Translations under genes and position numbers: made by a program
Notes under the pieces: generated by a model
Database searches by the model: none
Told to the model about the DNA's origin: nothing
What the model saw: only the letters and a program-made list of their open reading frames with translations
Assembly (NCBI GenBank): GCA_020536535.1
Contig: JAHLWZ010000801.1
Coordinates: forward strand, 1-64,000
Length of the DNA stretch: 64,000 nt
Direction: 5' to 3'
From: Pelomyxa schiedti
Taxonomy: Eukaryota > Protista > Evosea
In this document: positions 59,200 through 64,000 of the stretch, in pieces
Position numbering within the stretch: the stretch's first letter is position 1
Layout of the letters: each line of letters opens with the position of its first letter

Positions 59200-62100
59200 A
59201 TGTTCAAGAAGAAGCCAGCAGTGAAGCAACGTTACCGCCTTACGTACGTGATGGCCACTGGGCTACCCGACGGGGTCTCGTCGGCGTGCGTGGGGTGGAA
59301 GCGAGGCTCCAAGAAAGAGAACCAAGGCACAACGGCTTCGAAGCCGGTCAGGGCCGGGACGTGCGAGTGGGCCGAAACCGTAACTGTCACTTGCACACTT
59401 TTCAAGGAGGCTTCGTCTTATGTATTGCAATGTTTATTCTAATTTTGTATTTTTTATCGTCTTGCGGGTTGGGTACAAATCGGACAACTTAACAAACCAA
59501 AACATAAAAGGATGCCAAAAATATTATCTTCTACGTAAAGGAGGATAAGGGAAAGAAAAAGAGGACATTGGGTAAAACCACAGTCAATATGAGTGACTAT
59601 GCCGATCTTGGTGGCGCTGTTAAGACAGCCACACTGAATCTCAAGAAAAAAGGCTCTAAGGGCGGGCCTCTTTCTTTACTTGTGTGTACTAATTTCCCTG
59701 AAATGGCTTTAATTGTAATTCTTCTAGATTAAAATTACCTCTGAAAATTTGGGAGTCACATCCGCAGCGTATCTCCATCTTATTTCTTGATATTTTCTTT
59801 TTCACTTTCCAAAGAGAAGATGAAACTGATGTGCTGTTGTCTGAAGCTGATGTAAACCATATATACTATACCCACTTAACCCTGTTCAGGAAGATGAAGA
59901 TGAAGAAAAGGTCGACTTCGAAGCTGAAGACAAATCTGATGTATTTGACAAACCTGACAAATTGGACAAGCCCGCTGTTGAACCAAAACCAACGGCATCT
60001 ACATCACCATCAGTTACAATTAGCATCACTGCCCCTGCTCCAAGTACCACAGCAGCTGAGGAATCAGTTCCATCCTCACCTCACAAAGATTCTCACAGCA
60101 GCAAAAAGTCTCACAGTCGCGAGACCAGCTCCTCTCATTCTTCAAAAGAGCATTCACATTCAAGACACCATTCATCCTCCAGCAGGGAGGAAGACAGAGA
60201 GAGTGCACCTGTAGTGAAAGATGAAACCACTACTACACCTAAATCTCCCAGCTCAGTTCCAACACATAGTGACACTCACACTGATGCATCCCCGCACAAC
60301 GATGAAATCAGTTCTCTCAGAGAACAAATTGCCACCTTAACAAAATCCCGTGATACCCTAAAAACTGAACTGGACAAGAAAGAGAAATCAGCTAAGCACT
60401 CTCAGCATGAATCTACGAAAGAGATAGAAACATTGAAAACTAAGCTTTCTGAACTTTCCACAGACCACCAGAAAGTCAAAGGTTTGAACCCCCACCTTCC
60501 CCATTACGTGCTTAAACCCACAATACAGATGATTTGCTCTCGAAAGAGAACCACATCCGTGATATCGAATCTGCACATTCCACTAAGGAAGCAGACTTGG
60601 TGGCCCAAATTCGAGTTCTTGAGGCCAAAGGCACCCCAAGTAAAAGTTCATCTGCGGAATCCAATACACAGCTCACAGAACAGCTCACTGCCTTGGAAAA
60701 GAAAATGAATGCGGAGAAGATACGCAGTGAAAAAACAATAGCTGACCTGAAAACGGCATTGGAGAGAACCCAAGCTGACTTGAAGCAATCAGAAGAAATG
60801 GCTGCAAAGCAGAAGAAACCAGTAAAAGAGGATGTCGCTGTACAACTTCAAAAACTCACCATTGAGATGGAGCAAACCAAAGCTAAAGTTAGGCAGTATG
60901 AAGAAGAAGTGGCTGGACTCTCGAAAGAAAATAGTGGCCTTAAAGCACAGTACGCGGAAAGTCAAAAAGCAGTTGCTGATTTCAAATCTAAGCTTGCTAA
61001 CCTCAGCTCCCACCCAGAAGCTGAGAGGGGACATAAAAATAAGGAAGAATTGATTGCGAAACCCGATGAAGGGTTAGAAACCAAGTGTGCAGGCCTGAAA
61101 GTGGAACTTGACACCTCCAATAAGAGAGTGGTGGCACTTGAAGCTGAACTGCAGGAGCAATTGAAGGTTTCTTCCAGATGACTTCTTTCAACCTGTAACC
61201 TTCCCTTTAGGTTGTCACGTCACTGAAAGGAGATGTGGCACGTATTACCAATCAATTTGAGAAAGCCAATATAGAAACTCGGGCTGCAGCTGCAACAGCA
61301 GAATCCCAAATTAACAGTTCGCACCAGCAGATTAAACTTGCTGAAGACTTATTGATAACCAAAACTGCAACTTGGGAGCGAGAAAGGCAGCTTCTCCTCC
61401 AATCTTCAGGTGCAGCTCAAGCGGATCTACAGCAACAACTGCAAACAGCAACTGAAAAAGAAACTGCTACACACAGAGAGCTTGAAGCAGCTAGAAACAG
61501 CTTACAGGAGATGACTATAAAGTTGTCGCACAACAACACCCAAACTGAGCAAATCCGCACTGAGCTGCAGACATCCAAAAAAACCAACACAGATTTACAG
61601 TCTAACATTGAACGACTTAAAACTGAACTGAAGAGACAAACTGATGATTCGGAAAAACTTCAACAGCAGCTCAAACACAAAACTTCTCAGATTGACAGAT
61701 TGAAGGAAGAGAGAGATAATTTGGCCAAAAGAGTGGAACAAGCAGCATCAGGGAATTCGGGGGCTGAAAGCAGTGAATCTATCTCACGCACTGTGGCTAC
61801 TTTACGAGATAGCAATCACGACCTCCTGGACAAATTAGAATCTGAAACCAGTTCCTTGGCCAGAGTTTCCCAGCAACTTACAGAACTGAATGCTGAAAAA
61901 GATGAGTTATCAAATAAACTGCGCACTGCACTTCAAGAAATCGATGATTTGCGCCATAAGCAGAGCGAGTTAGAAAGTCAAAATTCCCAACTGTCGTCAG
62001 AATTGTCTCACTTCAAAGTCAAGCTTAATGTATGTATTTCTATCAATCTACAATAAACCCATGAAAAAGGAAATTTACTTAGGAACAAACTTGCTTGAAT

Positions 62101-63942
62101 GCAGACCTGCAGTCCCAGCTTTCCAATACGCGGAAAACCACCACCGACCTGCAATCGTCCCTTACTGACAGACAAGCACAGTTCCTCCATGACACCGAAA
62201 AAATTAGAGCAGAGTCCCGTGATCAAATATCCAAATTGGAAGGGACCAGAACACAAATGCTCCAAACCATGCAAAAGCTCAAAGAGCAAGTCAAGAAGTT
62301 GGAGGGTGATAGGGATGAATTGGAAGAGAAACTGCGTAATCAGCTTCAAGTAGGCCAAGAAGATGCACAGGAATTAGAATCTCTACGCAAAAAATTGAAA
62401 GAATCTCAGAAAGCAAAGAAAAAGATGGAGCGTCATGCCCAGGTGGCCCATTTTCTTTTAATCAAATCTATGGGAATTAATGACTTGCGTGAAGGAAAGT
62501 GGAGATAAGCAACTACTAGCTAAAGTCCAGGTTTCATTTTCTTATTTCCCCTTGAGTCACTAACGAACATAGCAAGCAGAGCACAAGCTAAAAATCGAAG
62601 AATTCCTCCTCAATGCACTGTTCAGTGCTGATTCATCACTATTTGACGCCCAAGGTGTTCCCTGCACAGCATTGCTTATCATAGACCGATTGCAGCAATG
62701 GAACAGCCTGAAAAAGCCGGACAGTGACTTCTTTGAGAAAATAGCTGAGAGAATAAAGACTATCTCACTGGTACGACAACTTGTAATTTAGTTTGGTTTT
62801 TCGGTTTGATTCAAAAACAAACTACTTCCCAGGGGTATAAAGACAACCTCATGATGTCCACATACTTTGTAACTGTGACCTGGAGTCTTCTGAATTTCGT
62901 GCAAGGGACTCTCGTACCACCAAGGTAACCTCCTATTATCGATTTTACCTCTATTTGGATAACATAAAGCACTCAGCCGGACAGAGTACATCTTGAAGCC
63001 CAGTGCGGCACCCGAGGGTGAGGTCCCTCGATTCGTGTTCCAATTACAACAAGTACTTCACGAAATATTCTTCATGCTGTTGCAAAGAACAGAGCATGTA
63101 TGCCCTCGTTATTAATTACACCTTCGGGATTGAACCTATTTTCTTACAGATTCTTGACGGAATCCTGTGCCAAGCAATCTTTGAACCACCTGAACAACTC
63201 AGGGTGAGCGGTGCTTCTAGGTAGAGGCATCCATTTTCACTTGATTTCACTTTTTCAAAACACCTAAATAAAAAAAAGATCCGCTGCTGCCAAACCAAAA
63301 GGAGGGCCCAGCATAACTGATGTTATCCAGATTCTCCAGGAAACACTCCAAAGACTTCTTGACAATGGAATTTCCCGGTCTATTTGCTTCCAGTTCTTCT
63401 CTCAGTTGTGCTACTGGATAAACGCCCGACTTTTCAACCAGCTTGTCAACCAACCTGGATGCTGTATCCACCCCCTTGTGACCAAATTTTAATGCTTACT
63501 TTTTTTTTTTCCCCTCTGATTGAACAGGCACGTGTGGAAAAGGATTCCAAATCAAATTAGGTCTTTCCTCAATTGAAGAGTTCCTGTACCAGAGTGCATT
63601 CCTCAGCCGTGCAAGGTAAAACCACCTCTCACTCATTTTATATTCTCCTATCTCACCTCCACTACCTATCTATCTGTTCACAGGCAGCGCTTGGACCACA
63701 TCAAGCAAGCTGGGAACCTGCTCATCATGGACAAGGCAGTGCTGTTTGACGAGACCATAGTCCACACAGCCTTCAGCGCACTTAACCCAGTCCAGCTTGC
63801 CCACATTGTGCACTCGTTCAAGCCGGATTCTCTGATGCCGGATCCTGTGGCACCAAGCGTTCTCGGCAGAATACAGAGGCTCAATCCATCATCCTCAACT
63901 CCATTGATTCTGGATCCTAACATATTACTCACATTTGGTTAA
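59200..63942 (+). CDS. NT-type C2 domain - long coiled coil - Dilute (DIL) domain protein
   Basis: NT-C2: CVGWKRGSKKENQGTT...CEWAETVTVTCTLF...TLGKTTVNMSDYAD. Coiled coil at 60.3-62.5 kb. DIL: QFFSQLCYWINA..FNQL, GFQIKLGLSSIEEF, LDHIKQAGNLLIMDK, SALNPVQLAHIVHSFKPD. Confidence 0.85.
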
Positions 63943-64000
63943 ACCAAATACGTAACTTTATGAGCTAAATAAAGAAATGGAATAGCCTTGTTGGGGATTT

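Noticed and set aside
1-64000. tRNA, rRNA, transposase or reverse-transcriptase genes
   Set aside because: No recognisable signatures found by eye. tRNAscan-SE and Rfam searches would be needed to exclude them.

Overview
Gene-dense eukaryotic DNA with many short (~40-110 nt) GT-AG introns, very short intergenic spacers and GC/CpG-rich first exons. Gene content (CudA-like factor, NT-C2/DIL protein, villin-headpiece RhoGEF/GAP, LRRC45, intronless orphan and Sel1 genes) suggests an amoebozoan, plausibly a flagellate archamoeba such as Pelomyxa; this assignment is inference. About 22 protein genes were reconstructed by hand-splicing: FYVE, TRAF-like RING, M28/ERMP1-like peptidase, MYND, START, ZIP transporter, homeobox, PfkB kinase, IQ-DH-PH-RhoGAP-headpiece, Dsc3-like, Sel1, LRRC45, WAPL, CudA-like, RING-pseudokinase, NT-C2-DIL and several orphans. 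The standout is a ~17-intron gene (18431-21783) encoding a single-chain EutB-EutC fusion, i.e. a bacterial-type adenosylcobalamin-dependent ethanolamine ammonia-lyase domesticated in a eukaryote. Also notable are two decaying Crinkler-like effector genes, an intronless compositionally foreign ORF followed by a perfect 21-bp hairpin, and a candidate structured ncRNA. Exon boundaries and some starts/ends are approximate. Family assignments rest on motif recognition from memory, not database searches.
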